The notes beneath the pieces are model-generated. The model ran no database searches, was not told the origin of the DNA, and saw only the letters and a program-made list of their open reading frames with translations. This document shows, piece after piece, positions 50,501 to 63,294 of a DNA stretch of 64,000 nt. Source of the stretch: Lytechinus pictus (lineage: Eukaryota). Numbering within the stretch: the first letter of the stretch is position 1; each line of letters starts with the position of its first letter. The translations under genes were made by a program, and so were the position numbers. The stretch spans positions 6,698,001-6,762,000 of the forward strand of contig NC_087252.1 of NCBI RefSeq assembly GCF_037042905.1. The letters run 5' to 3'.

Positions 50501-51414
50501 TGTGGGAAGAGTTGAGGACGTGCCTGTGTAAAACAGTTTGTGGTAATGAGGATTTGTATACAGTATAATGCGAGAGGGGATGTTGGATTGATGGGTGTAT
50601 TTGGGCGTGTGATTAATACCCCTTCCCCCTTCCACTTACCTTTTGTCATTCTTCTTTGACTTATCGAACTCTAATAAATAAAATAGTAAATGTAAATAGA
50701 CAATATTTGCCAAAGAGTTATAAGGAAATGAAATGAAGCCACGTGTAAACTGAGATGTGCAAAAGATCAATTACTCGAGGTTAAGATGTTAAAGATAAAT
50801 AACCTTCACTATTAATTTTCAGTTTCATTTTCCATAAAATAAATATAAATTACGGAAGAGAGGTTTTTCACCATCTGTTGGTATCGAGAGGAAATCTGGT
50901 AAGAACTAGTAACCAACCCACCTTATATACATGATAATACACCATACAGGTATCAGAGGAGAAAAAACATGTTTGCTTTGTCTTTTATGATACTCTCCAT
51001 ATTCTTTATTGTTCATGGGCGTAAAATACATGACGTCATACGTTTCAAGTTGGACGGGGATTAAACAGTAGTTCACTCCCCCTTCTAAACAAAAGGTCTA
51101 CCGCTTGGATTAACGGCATTGTAATTGTTGCAATAAAATATTTATTATTCATCATAATGTTCATAGGGCATATACTCTTGTAAAAAAGGGGTCAACTGTG
51201 CTCCTTTACACATACTGAGAGCACCTTTGAAGATACACCTTTGAGGTTGTCCCCTTTCTTGAAGGTGTAAATCTACGTTTGCATTCTCATTTTAAATATT
51301 TTAATGGAACTGGTGAATAATAATCACCTGGAATACTTTTTCTCTCTGGAAGTATGAGCTGTACAATGTTGATGATGATTGAAGCTAATAGAAGGATGGC
51401 TAAGACAACTATTC
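44525..51414 (-). CDS. Receptor tyrosine pseudokinase paralog B (TM to C-terminus; 11 exons in window; 5' exons not found)
   Basis: Phase-compatible open exons: 51328-51414, 50640-50670, 49544-49614, 48652-48822, 48124-48228, 47298-47479, 46922-47026, 46521-46626, 45891-45987, 45426-45525, 44525-44584. Confidence 0.88.
44984..45318. mobile_element. Near-perfect palindromic MITE, TA TSD
   Basis: ta-cacactaagaaataaagg ... cctttatttcttagtgtg-ta; the whole 335 bp folds back. Confidence 0.9.
45426..45525 (-). CDS. Paralog B kinase subdomain XI exon: YSVMTGCWEKDPTNRTNFDRILKDLEMILEKTH
   Basis: MxxCWxxDPxxRxxF tyrosine kinase motif; AG/GT boundaries. Confidence 0.92.
45891..45987 (-). CDS. Paralog B kinase subdomain X exon: (G)ARPYPNITFGAVQTEVANGYQMPRPRHCAQE
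   Basis: GxxPY...GYxMxxPxxC motif; phase 1-2. Confidence 0.92.
46521..46626 (-). CDS. Paralog B kinase subdomain VIII-IX exon: [35 protein letters not shown]
   Basis: PxRWxxPE and [11 protein letters not shown], diagnostic of the tyrosine kinase group. Confidence 0.95.
46922..47026 (-). CDS. Paralog B catalytic-loop exon: IIHGALCAHNVLLGERKQCKISDYGLSSSFFGDVA
   Basis: Aligns to IHRDLAARNVL...KISDFGL; phase 0-0. Confidence 0.93.
47298..47479 (-). CDS. Paralog B hinge to alphaE exon: GSILYEFISGGTLLTHLQTSG...LLNLAWQVAKGMQFLASKK
   Basis: QVAKGMxFL motif; ORF track 47277-47549. Confidence 0.93.
48124..48228 (-). CDS. Paralog B alphaC-beta4 exon: CVTKTLHVLQAIKVLYKLSDQPNIVRCLGYCKEQ
   Basis: PNIVxxLG motif; phase 1-1. 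Confidence 0.92.
48652..48822 (-). CDS. Paralog B Gly-loop/beta3 exon: YTALKLDSSH...IGRGDFGEVWKGDLRSKQNHLDVAIRQIP
   Basis: IGxGxFGEV motif; phase 1-1. Confidence 0.93.
49544..49614 (-). CDS. Paralog B juxtamembrane exon: DGVNTHQEGNDNVAYEMIQSGDR
   Basis: Homologous to 12562-12632, same length and phase. Confidence 0.85.
50640..50670 (-). CDS. Paralog B 31-bp microexon: (E)FDKSKKNDK(R)
   Basis: Homologous to 14980-15010; gtaagt donor. Confidence 0.8.
51328..51414 (-). CDS. Paralog B transmembrane exon: (G)IVVLAILLLASIIINIVQLILPERKSIP
   Basis: Homologous to 15850-15984. 5' boundary uncertain: strong phase-1 acceptor at 51415-51416, alternative AG at about 51467. Confidence 0.75.
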
Positions 51415-51528
51415 CTGAAGAGGAATGAGAGAGAAAGCCAGACGGAGTACATAGGTTGGGTGTGGTCTATGATTGGTGAGCAAGGTTCCTCACCAGAGGT
51501 TAAAACAGTTTTTACAAATTTAATTACT

Positions 51529-52125
51529 AGGGATGGTCCGGGCTGAAAATATTTATATCGAAATAAATAGAAAAAAAATTCACAGAGCATACTGCAAAAA
51601 ATATCAAAGTCGGATAACAAATAACGAAGTTATTGAATCCTAAAATTTATCGATATTTTGTGAAAACAGGCTGCACATCGTCATGAATATTTATTAGGGG
51701 TTAATGATGTCACATCCCCTCTTTCCATTTTCTTATTTTATTACATGAAATCATAAATGCTTCATTTTTTCATACATGTGTAAATGATGTGTCTCCATCA
51801 TGATGAAATAAGTTGCGGCAATAGATAAATAATGCACTTAATCAGTTGTCAATCCAATTGTTGTAGTTCTTGGTAGAAAAATTTTTAATAAACCTAATTT
51901 CATATAATAAAATACAAAGGAACAAGTGGGGATATGACATCATCAGCCCACCTAATGAATATTCATAGAGACATGCCTAGAACTGTTTCACCGGAATAAT
52001 GGAAATCTTTGAAATTAAATAACTTTGTTATTTGTTATCCGACTTTGATCAAATTTTCAGCATCTTGTTTTGTGAATTTTACACTATATACTGGGATATA
52101 AATATTTCCAGCCTAGACCATCCCT
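51529..52125. mobile_element. MITE with long imperfect TIRs (TTAA-type at the right end)
   Basis: agggatggtccgggctgaaaatattt ... aaatatttccagcctagaccatccct-ttaa. Confidence 0.8.
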
Positions 52126-53387
52126 TTAAAACAACAAAGACAGGCATTATCACACGTGAATCTTCAATCATCATTGCAAGTTGTCTTTAGAATTATCGGA
52201 CCTTTCACACGCTCACTCGTAAACTGTGATTTGAATTCAAATTCCCGAGGAAAGGCGGTATGTGTCCTGACTTCTCTATCAAAGTGCTGCATCGCAAATA
52301 CAATGCACTTCCTTTTATTTCCGTGATGCCTAAAATGTCGCGTATGCTCCGCCCCAAAAGATGTTTTGTAGGTAAAGACTTTCACACCCAAAATTAGTAC
52401 CTTAATTTGAGTGAAACTTAAATGGAATTCATTGCCTCCGAAGTAGAATTTTAAGTCGCGATTGTGATTAGTGTTCGTGATTCTAATCATGTTTTAGTTT
52501 GGTTTTACACGTGCTAAAAATTCGTCATTAACTTCATTTTCACTGGAATTCACATTCAAATTACGATTCTTTTACCGTGTGAACGGGCGGAAAGGCAAAC
52601 TGTCAAATCTGATTAAACTTACCGCCCTTTCACACGGAAAACAAAATCGTAAATTGAATGATGATTCCAGTGAAAAATAAGGCTAATTGCGAATTTTTAG
52701 CACGTGTGAAACCAAACTAGAACATGATTAGAATCATCAATACAATGAGTATTCAAAATTGACGTGTGAAATGGCCCTTAGATTTATCATGGGTCCAGAG
52801 GTAGTAGGTCCGCACCTCAACCCAGTATTCGATACCGTATGTTGACCCCTTTTTATATTTACATAAAACCCCTGCATTCATTTCATTAATACGTTATTTT
52901 TTTCAGCCTTAAAAATTTGTCAAATTTGCAATTGTCGAACTTCCATCAAAATATTTAAAGTGTTATTAGAAGATTATCCTAAACTTAAAAAAAAAGAAAA
53001 AAAATAGAATAGATTTTGGCCGTTCTTCAATTAGAATCAAATTTTGCACTTTTCCTTATATTCATGCAATAATATCATATCTACAAGCTTTCCTTTGCCG
53101 CCCCCACCCTCTCCTGGACCAAATAGATATTAATTTTCAAACAACTTGTTTTTTTACAAAGTTGAATTAAGATACGTATTTTAATTCTATTTAAAGATTG
53201 CAGTATAATTCCTTAATGGTAGTATTTATCGCAATGAATTGTAATGATAATATCAATGGATATAATAATACTAATAGTAGTAGTACTACTACTACTACTA
53301 ATAAAAGTAATAGTGGCAATAAGAGGTATAAATGTCGTCATCAATCTAGAAATATTCTATTCGGAGACGCACTGTTATTTTGTTGTA

Positions 53388-56300
53388 ATATAGGTTTTCC
53401 CGGTCAATTTCGCACTTAGTACATGCAAGAGTATAAATAGTTCATTCAATTTCGCTAAAGAGCAACCAAAAATTAAAACTAGTCATTCAAAATCGCCATA
53501 GGGCCGCCAAAAATTCATAATGGGCATTCAGTTTGGCTATAGAGCAATCAAAAGTGTGAAAACATCATTCAGATTCGCCCTAGTGCACTCAAGTTAACAC
53601 CGGAGGTCACGTGACTGAAGACAGAGGGTTCAATTTCGCTATTGGGTATCCATGTTCATAACTAGTGCATTCAATTTAGCACTGTATTTACATGAATTGT
53701 ATATACATATTCAAACATTCTTCGCTTGTTTTTCCCAACCTGCAGTATGTGTGCCACAAGTGACCATTCATAAAACTGCACTGGACAATTTACATTATTC
53801 TTTACAGATGCTTGTAAAAAACTCATGTAAATTACATAAAAGCAGTGGCCTGCTTATTTAGGGAGTTATATACCATCTGCAATTACGATATCATATTAAG
53901 TATATACATTTGGTTATTATGTTTTTTAAAGAATATGAAATGTTAAAAAAGAATTACATAAGGGAAAAAAACCTTAGTCAATGTCTTAAGTTTGGATGAA
54001 AAGATTATTGTTTTAAATTGTAGGTTTTCCCGTCCAATTTCGCACTTAGTGCATGCAAAAGTAAAGATAGGTCATTCAATTTCGCACATAGTGCATGACA
54101 AAGTATAGATAGGTCATTCAATGTATTAGATAGGGCAGCCAAAATCACCAGTCGGCATCCAAAATCGCTATAGTGCAACCGAAATGGCCATTTGGTATTC
54201 ATAATTGCTTTAGAGCAACCAAATCCGCCATTCGGCATACGAATTTGTCCATAGTGCAACCAAGTTCGCCCGTGAAACCCCCTCGAGCTATGTTAGAGCA
54301 TTCAATTTCGCCATTGTGCATCCAATTATACAATTTGTGCATGCAATTTAGCACACATATTTTTTTTCCTATTTGTTTTATACCTTTTTCATGTTTACAT
54401 TTTCTTCCATTTTATGGGCTTACTATGTCCATATTAAGTCACACACACACAAAAAAAATATCGGATGGCTAAAGGCATATGAATTAACAGAGGGAAAATT
54501 TCCTGACATTTTCCTGTGTTAATTCATATGTCGTTTTTATTTTTTAAATTTTTTTGTTCTTAATGTATATTTTCTTGTCATTTGCACCATCTCTTCGACG
54601 TATGCATTGACTAGATACATAATAATAGCATGTATAGAATATCATGATTTTCTTCTTTCACATTTACGTTTCATGTTCTTTTTATCTTGCATCTGTTTTA
54701 TGAATTTAATCATTTAAAACAATAATCTTTTCATAAAAACTTAAGACATTGACTACGGTTTTCTTCCCTTATATAATTCTTTTTGAACATTTTATATTCT
54801 TTAAAAAACATAATAACTAAATGTATATACTTAATATGATATCGTAATTGCAGATGGTTATATTTTACAAATCTTTGGTATGAAATTTACATGTTAAAGT
54901 TCAAAGCACAAAACTCGGTCTTTTTTCAGACATTGATTATTTAGCATGTATACAATTTCATGATTTTCTTCTTTCATAATATACTTTTTTAAAAAAATCT
55001 TGTATCTGTTTTCATATGCCTTTAATCATTTAAAACAATAATCTTTTCATCAAAACTTAAGACATTGACTACGGTTTTCTTCCCTTATATAATTATTTTT
55101 TAACCTTTTATAAATTATTCTTTAAAAACATAATAACTAAATGTATATACTTAATATGATATCGTAATTGCAGATGGTATACTTCCTAAATAAGCAGGCC
55201 ATTGCTTCTATGTAATTTACATGATTTTTTTTTACAAGCATCTATAAAGAATAATGTAAATTGTCCAGTGCAGTTTTATGAATGGTCACTGGTGGCACAC
55301 ATTCTGCAGGTTGGGGAAAACAAGCGAAGAATGTTTGAATATGTATTACAAGTCATGTAAATACAGTGCTAAATTGAATGCACTAGTTATGAACATGGAT
55401 ACCCAATAGCGAAATTGAACGCTCTGTCTTCAGTCACGTGACCTCCGGTGTTAACTTGAGTGCACTATGGCGAATGTGAATGATGTTTTTACACTTTTGA
55501 TTGCTCTAGAGCGAAACTGAAGGCCCATTATGAATTTTTGGCGGCCCTATGGCGATTTTAAATGACTAGTTTGAATTTTTGGTTGCTCTTTAGCGAAGTT
55601 GAATGAACTATTTATACTCTTGCATGCACTTAGTGCGAAATTGAGCGGGAAAACCTATATTAAAGGCATATGAAAACAGATACTAGATAAAAAAAACAAT
55701 AAAAGTATGTTATGAAAGAAGAAAATCATTATATTGTATACATGCTAAAGTAATTAATGGCTGAAAAAAGACCGAGTTTTGTACTTTGAACTTTAACATG
55801 TAAATTTAATACCAAAGATCTGTAAAATATAACCATCTGCAATTACGATATCAGATTAAGTACAGTGTATATACATTTAGTTATTATGTTTTTTTAAAGA
55901 ATATAAAAGGTTCAAAAAGTATTATATAAGGGAAGAAAACCTTAGTCAATGTCTTAAGTTTTGATGAAAAGATCATTGTTTTAAATGATTAAAGTCATAT
56001 GAAAACAGATGCAAGATAAAAAGAACATTAAACGTAAATATGAAAGAAGAAAATCATGATATTGTATACATGCTATGTCTCTAGTCAATGCATATATCGA
56101 AGAGATGGTGCAAATGACAAGAAAATATATATTAAGAACAAACAAATTACAAAGATAAAAAAGACATATGAATTAACACAGGGAAATGTCAGGAAATTTT
56201 CCCTCTGTTAATTCACATGCCTTTAGCCATCCGATATATATATTTTTTTCGGTGACTTAATATGGAAATAGTAAGCCCATAAAATGGAAGAAAATATAAA

Positions 56301-56674
56301 CATGAAAAAGTTATAAAACAAATAGAAAAAATTACGTGTGCTAAATTGCATGCACAAATTGTATAATTGGATGCACAATGTCGAAATTGAATGCTCTAAC
56401 ATAGATTGTGGGGGTATCACGGGCGAACTTGGTTGCACTATGTACACATTCGTATACCGAGTGGCGGATTTGGTTGCTCTAAAGCAATTATGAATGCCAA
56501 ATGGCCATTTTGGTTGCACTATAGCGAATTTGGATGCCGACTGGTGATTTTGGCTGCCCTATCTAATAAATTGAATGACCTATTTATACTTTGTCATGCA
56601 CTATGTGCGAAATTGAATGACCTATCTTTAATTTTGCATGCACTAAGTGCGAAATTGGACGGGAAAACCTATAT
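53388..56674. mobile_element. Non-autonomous TIR element (about 1.64 kb) with a second copy of itself (54021-55660) inserted in the opposite orientation
   Basis: Four termini taggttttcccg / cgggaaaaccta at 53391, 54021, 55657 and 56671; 53391-54018 pairs with 55030-55657 and 54021-55020 pairs with 55663-56671. Confidence 0.85.
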
Positions 56675-57679
56675 TAAGATGGAAAGGGGAATTCCAGAAA
56701 AAAACCGACCGATCTTCGAAAGAGGAACTTTTGAAATAATTTTTGGACTCGACACATCGTCTGGAATCCAGGAAAAATAATAATAAACGGACTTTGGACC
56801 TTATCATGTCTTAAATACCAAAACAAATTCGCATAATGTCGGCAAAAAAAAATTTAATCGACATTGATATTTGCATGTCATAATGTTACAATATAAATTG
56901 CCGTGTTGAATTTATCGTTGGGATGACAGAGAAAAGGGGATATTCGGGTAATCATGTACGTTTGAACCTGAATTTGGGGCATTTTTATGCTTAGTGGTTT
57001 AATACAGACATGCCAGATTTGCATGTCTATCCATGTTTTCATTATATCGTTGTAAAGAGAAAATACTTGTATGTAACAAATTCGAAAAGTGCAAAATGAC
57101 TGCTTCATAAAATATTCAGATAAGACATCTTGCTATAAATATGTCAATATGTGTAGTTCACATTCCATCCCGCCAAATATCAATTCATAAACAGTTTATA
57201 TTGGTTTATGGTCCCCCTTCTAATGATTTGATTTAGTTGGCAAACAAATTAAATACACAAAACTATAAATGAAATTAATAAAATGTCGAAAATAATTACA
57301 TACCAATTATCAAAGGGGGTATAGCTGAACCTGTCCATGAAAACAAAAGTCAATCGAGAGAATCAATAAATAATTTTTTTGCAGGTGTTTCTGCATTTAC
57401 TGAAAATTCAATATATGAAACACAGTAATCATAATGCATACATGTACAAAGAAATAAAAAATTAAATGAAAGAATTACAAATTGTGACGATTACATAATA
57501 CAATAATAACTTATATAGACATACATATAAAACAAAGTGCAGTGGCCAGCTATTGTAAGCAAAATCTTTGAGATAATAGCAGCGTGTTCTGGTCGTCATC
57601 ATTCCTGATGACTATCCGAACACGCTGGTCGAAACGTCGTTAACTAGCTTGGTTCTGTTGTAATAAATATTTGCTGAAT

Positions 57680-58335
57680 GTTAAGAAAACAAATGTATTA
57701 TTTTTCGATCAAGAGGCAAAATTATTCCCGAAACTGTGGATTATCTTGATGTTGGAGGCCACAATGTTGCTCGTAGTGAGCAATTTTTAGAAGTAATTAT
57801 CGATGAGCATTTGACTTGTAAACCCCACTTAGAGTCAGTGTGCGCAAAGGTTTATCGAGGCGTAGATTAAAATGTGTTTTACCTGAGGCTATTTTAAAAA
57901 CTTTATATACCAGCATTGTGCTTCCCTACCTGACCTACTGCAAAGTTGCTTGGGGCAATACTTTTAAGACTTGCATTGACAAACTAAAATCTTAACAGAA
58001 GAAACTTTTGAGGCTTATCACCAATTCAACTTTCAGACATCCTAGTAAACCCTTATTCCTTCAGTTAAAGTTGCTTCCACTTGATGAGTTAGTTGCATTT
58101 AATCGTTTGATTTTCATGTTTAATCTTTGTTTTTGTCCACAAATTTGCCACTTTAAAGACTCCCAAATACATAATTACAATACACGTGAACAAAACCTCA
58201 TCCACCGACCTTATGTAAGAACTAATGATTCCTTGAATTCTTTCATAACATCTTGTATTAAAGAGTGGAACCGGTTGCCTGCTGATATGAGGAACTGTAC
58301 AACTCTTTATCGGTTTAAGTACAATGTAAAATAAA
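57680..58335 (+). mobile_element. Decayed CR1/L2-like LINE ORF2 C-terminal fragment
   Basis: IIDEHLTCKPHL..., LKTLYTSIVLPYLTYC..AWG, RLITNS..HPSKPLFLQLKLL, HNYNTR, EWNRLP, with stops and frameshifts. Confidence 0.85.
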
Positions 58336-58359
58336 GCTCTTTGATAATCTGGGTTAAAT

Positions 58360-59075
58360 CTAGTACAGAAAATGAAAATGAACGTAGAAAACCGTTTTAC
58401 AATCATTGCTAAGCTTTGTGCTACAGGCGCTATAGATCTGCTTTTCGTGTGCAAAATTCCTCTATATGCGTCTAGCACACAATGTAATGAGCATTATGTT
58501 TTACTCTCCCCCGAAATGGAGGATTAGATTCGAATTTTCGGGGGGACCACTTCCATTGACAAGTGGATACCAGGCGCGACGATGGGGTTTTTGAAAAGCA
58601 CCATAAACAAGGGAAGCATGTCTTTTCCAGAAAATGAAAATGCATCTCTTAACAAGTACTTGGCTTGTGAAACCCTATTAGTATTGGAAATGTATCAATT
58701 TTTCAGTATTTTAGACATTGTTTTTGACACCCTTATAACGTTACATTTTGGCCTATACGTGACGTACTTGACCACTCTTTCGCTTTTTAAGCATGATCGC
58801 GCCTGGTATCCACTCCTCAATGGCATTGCCCCCCCCCCCCCGGGCGGCCTCTCGAGCTCAGGAAGGAACCAAATGTGGCTCTGGAAAGTCGTCCTAAATC
58901 GGATATATCGCTGTTACCATAGTAGCAACCAGAATTTTGCACACGAAACGCAAATTGAATGTTTCCGTTGCAGATGCGAAACGAAAATAATTCTCATGTC
59001 ACACAATTTGCATTGCAGGACAGTGTTTTACGACCATGACGACGGGCCCAAAGTCTCTTCCAAAATCAATATACC
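58360..59075. mobile_element. Diverged, internally deleted relative of the 3' LTR insertion (opposite orientation)
   Basis: Reverse-complement match to about 28530-29110 and 29490-29580; the conceptual peptide GGLSSS..QMWLWKVVLN.IYRCYHSSNQ is shared. Confidence 0.8.
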
Positions 59076-59472
59076 GACGCAAAGTCCGTCTGAGTTGGCA
59101 CAGCGAAAAGTGGGGAATAGCAGGTGGGGAATAACAGATGCCGGGTACGGATCCCGGTTCCACAACACGTCAAAGGACGAGATGAATACATGAATATTGA
59201 TTGAGCAGAGAGTGTATAGGCTAACGCAGCCACAATGCATAGTCTTTGCCAGATCAGACGTAATCGCTTGCGTTCAGCTTAACAGCAAAGACAATAACTG
59301 CAGCCTCCGCCTAGATAATAGGCTAACTCTGTTACGGCTCATGCTATAATGAAATGGACTGAAACTGAAACGATTCCGTGATTGTACGCTGCGGGTAAAT
59401 ATTAAAAATTTACGTTTTTCCAACGGAAGATAACATAAATGTCAATTCAGGAGATGCTAAAGGCCCCCCCCC

Positions 59473-60020
59473 CCCGGGGGGGGGGGGGGCACTTACATTG
59501 ACGAGTGGATACCATGCGCGACCAAAAAAAACACGTTAAAAGGATGTCTTTTTCACGATAGGGCACGTTTCGTACGTAACGTGATAAGGGTGTCAAAAAC
59601 ACAAAAATAATGAAAAAAGGGTATCTATTTCGCAAGGAAAGTTACGTGTTTAGGGTCATATTTGCGGGGATGATAAAACAAAATTAAAATGTTTTATAAA
59701 GGATGTCCTTTTCGCCCCAAGACTACGTGATTAGAGTCAGATTTGCGCGAGGTGTGGAAGGTGGGGTCGTACTAAACTAAATTATGTGTAAAGGCAAAAC
59801 CAATGACCGAAGGACCCGTGACATATTCCTGTACTTGTTTAGGTGTTCATTTCAGGGAATATTTGCAAAGTATCGTTTTGTTTCCAATACTTGTTAAGGG
59901 TAGGGTTTCACACGCCAATACTTGTTAAGAGGTGCATTTTCAGAGTATGGAAATTACGTATTTAGGGTGCTTTTCGAGACCCCGTGGTATCCACTCGTCA
60001 ATGAGTGTGGCCCCTCCGGG
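59473..60020. mobile_element. MITE with cccggg...cattgacgagtggatacca TIRs
   Basis: cattgacgagtggatacca at about 59496 and tggtatccactcgtcaatg at about 59985; a shorter family member is embedded in 28755-29050. Confidence 0.8.
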
Positions 60021-61019
60021 TAAAGGGCTCCCGTGACAAGCTTGGTCAATTTGCTCCCTCGCTTTCGAGTTCCTTTTAAGAAATCTACGGGTCTTGCCGT
60101 CGCAAGAAAAATAATCTTTCTGCGTAACGACATTAACAAATAATAACCAAGGGCAAACTTTTCACGACTAAATCATAATGTGTTCAAATAATTTTTTTTT
60201 CCATTTTCATGTTAAGCGGAGTTGCTGGGGGTGATGGAATACCATATGCGGCAACCCTCGAAATTATCACGGCATGCTCAACTGGTGAAATTTGACCCAA
60301 AGCACCTCAACTATGAAGTGAAAAAAACTTTGCTTGTTATTTTCTTTTTCAAAACCAGCACATTTCCAACAAAAAACACACTTCCAATGCCAATGGCTTG
60401 CCTTGATATCCTTTTGAAGTACAAATGTATATCAATTTAATTCTTTTCATTTCTATGCATGCATAATATCAAGGAGCTTCAAGCACATCCTTGATAATAC
60501 AAATAAATATAAACTAGATGAAAACTTATTTAATATGCAATATCGCATGAAACTGCCATATATCTAATCTCTTTCCGACGATAAATAGAAATTGACTATT
60601 TGTGCAATATATTGAAAAGTGTGGCATGTGATTTACAATCTTCGATATAGTATGAATTGATTGAAATATAGAGAACAGGAGTACATACCAGTTGTGGGAG
60701 GAAGGAGGGTTGGTTCTGTCCATTGTATTATAAAGAGCAAGATATGAAGGAGATAGTTCATAATATATAAATACTGCACAATTTTCATCTATAAGTAAAA
60801 ATGAATGTGAGATTTTAATTTTTGACCAGAACTTGGCACACTCCACAGACCTCCCATTTGAAGCCCATTATAAATTTTGGGCTTCATTGATCATTGGCAG
60901 AGGCTGAGACGTGGTTTGTTGAATGCTATAATCACAATTCATGTTTTTTTTTTATCATTCATATCCCCCCCCCCATTTTCCATGTTCATATTGCATTTCG
61001 TTCATATTGCATTCCGTGT

Positions 61020-61377
61020 GGAGGAGCCGTGGTGTAGTGGTTCTGACTCTCGCCTTGCAAACAGAGGGTCGTGTGTTCGAATCCCACCGCGGTCTGGCGT
61101 CCTTTGGCAAGGCGTTAATCCACACTTTGCCACTCTCGACCCAGGTGCTAAATGGGTACCCGGTAGGATGTGAAAGTCATTGTAGCTTGTCCAGTACTGT
61201 GTGCGCCTCACCGGCGACTGACTGGAATACTCCCCAGGGAGTGGAGGATGTGCACACATTGTGTGCGGGAATGACTGATTGAATCCGATGACTGGGGTAA
61301 TAATATATCTGTAAAGCGCTTAGACACGTCGTTCCGATGTATTAAGCGCTATATAAAAACGGATTATTATTATTATT
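61020..61377 (+). mobile_element. tRNA-derived SINE, full length
   Basis: A box tggtgtagtgg, B box gttcgaatccc, LINE-like 3' end tgtaaagcgcttag...aagcgctatataaa and (att)n tail. Confidence 0.9.
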
Positions 61378-61544
61378 AACAGTTTCAAATATTTCACTTA
61401 AAAAAGTAATAATAAATATATAATCATAATATGATTGCTATATATTTCTACTTATTGTATATATTTACTAGCATTCCTATGGAAATACAAAATGAGTAGA
61501 AAGCTTCCGTTTGTATTACTTCTCAACCTAAACAATTACCCTTG

Positions 61545-62880
61545 TTACACCCACTAATGTAATGACACCCACAAATGTAATAACGCCCACAAATGTAATA
61601 ACACTTTGTCAACAATTGCAATAGTTTTTTATCACCCACAAATGTAATAAATTTGAAGGGACTTTGGGTGAATCCGTTCTAAACTAAAATCCTATAGTAA
61701 TACGTTCATATAGTCTTTTTTCCAGACCCGGTTATTTAAAAATTTATAATGTAAGTCCAAACTAAGATGCCATAATGATATTCCAGTGCATTAAAAATGA
61801 GAATCGAGCTTAGACTTTTCTCCAGACCCAGTTAATTAAAACCGGTGGAACAAATGTCTTTGTTGGTGTTTTAACTTATACGGCTCGTATTGTGAATATA
61901 TATGCTAAGAGTATATTGAGAATCAAGCGTAGTCTTTTTTCCAGACCCAGTTACTTAAAACTAAAAATTAAAACCTATAGTAATGCGTTCATATAGCGCA
62001 AAAGTGCAACGTCTTTTTTCCAGACCCGGTTATTTAAAAAATTATAATGTAAGTCCAAACTAAGATACCATAATGATATTCCAGTGGAATAAAAATGAGA
62101 ATCGAGCTTAGACTTTTCTCCAGACCCAGTTAATTAAAACCGGTGGAACAAATGTCTTTGTTGGTGTTTTAACTTATACGGCTCGTATTGTGAATATATA
62201 CGCTAAGAGTAAATTGAGAATCAAGCGTAGTCTTTCCTCCAGACCCGGTTAATTAAAACTAAACACTAAAACCCTATAGTAATGTGTTCATATAGCGCAA
62301 AGACATTTCTCTGGACCCCGGTTATTTAAAGCATTCAACAAATCTTTTAAAAAAGACCACACAATCTTATTAATGTTGAACAACATGAAAGTCATGTAGT
62401 CTATCATCCAGACCCGATTATTTCAAAATAAAAAACCTAAAACAAAACAAATACAAAGACCCTGCACTCTTGGTAATGTTGAATAACATAAAAATATAGC
62501 ACAGTCTTTCCTCCAATCCCAGTTATTTCAAAATTATAAATAACAGTTTAAAAAAACAGTATAAAGACCTCATAATCTTATTAATGTTGAATAACACGGA
62601 AATATAGCGTAGTCTTTCAGCCACACCCAGTTATTTCAAAATTATGAATAACAATACAACAGCAACAAAAACAGTATAAAGACCCCATAATCTTATTGAT
62701 GTTGAATAAAATGGGAATATAGGGTAGTCTTTCCTCCAAACCCTGTTATTCAAAAATTATAAATAACAATACAACAACAATCCAAAACAGTATAAAGACC
62801 CCATTATCTTATTAATGCTGAATAACATGGAAATATTGCGCAGTCTTTCAGTCAGACCCAGTTATTTTTTTTTTCAAAAT
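61545..62880. repeat. Complex tandem repeat region (cccacaaatgtaata units; about 300-bp and 118-bp periods built on ccagacccagttattt)
   Basis: 61720-61960 is repeated at 62020-62260; about 118-bp units at 62400-62870. Confidence 0.8.
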
Positions 62881-63133
62881 AACGCTAATAGTAATAATTA
62901 AAAAAAATCTAAATCTAATACCAAACAATCCTTCAACCTAAGAACCCGTTTAAAAAGAGGTTTAGAGCGTTGTCTTTATTCCAGACCTAATCATTAAAAA
63001 AATTCTAACGAAAGACCCTATCATATTCTTATTCTTCTGGAATAACACGAGTTTTAAAACGTACTCTTTTCTAAAACGAATACCCAATAATCTAATTACT
63101 GTGGAATAAAATGAAGCTCGATTGTAGGAGGCC

Positions 63134-63294
63134 GGGGAGCATTTCATGAAATGAGTTGCCTGACGTTTTATCCGACAAGTCTCATTTTATCCGACATTTA
63201 CCATGGAAGCACTGCTTCTTAGCCAATAAACATCAATGAAAGTTGTCGGATCTGACAACTTGTCGGACATAAAATTGTTGATGCAATGCTCCCC
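63134..63294. mobile_element. Small palindromic MITE
   Basis: ggggagcatttcat ... atgcaatgctcccc. Confidence 0.7.

Noticed and set aside
44525..51414. Assigning a gene symbol such as PTK7, RYK, FGFR or RET
   Set aside because: The pattern of motif loss and the single-Ig ectodomain of the paralog do not match these, and no phylogeny could be run.
58582..59193. 203-aa ORF and the related ORFs at 28452-28954
   Set aside because: They cross boundaries of nested MITEs, frames differ between the two copies, and no domain is recognisable.
61020..61095. tRNA gene
   Set aside because: The tRNA-like head continues into a SINE body and tail.
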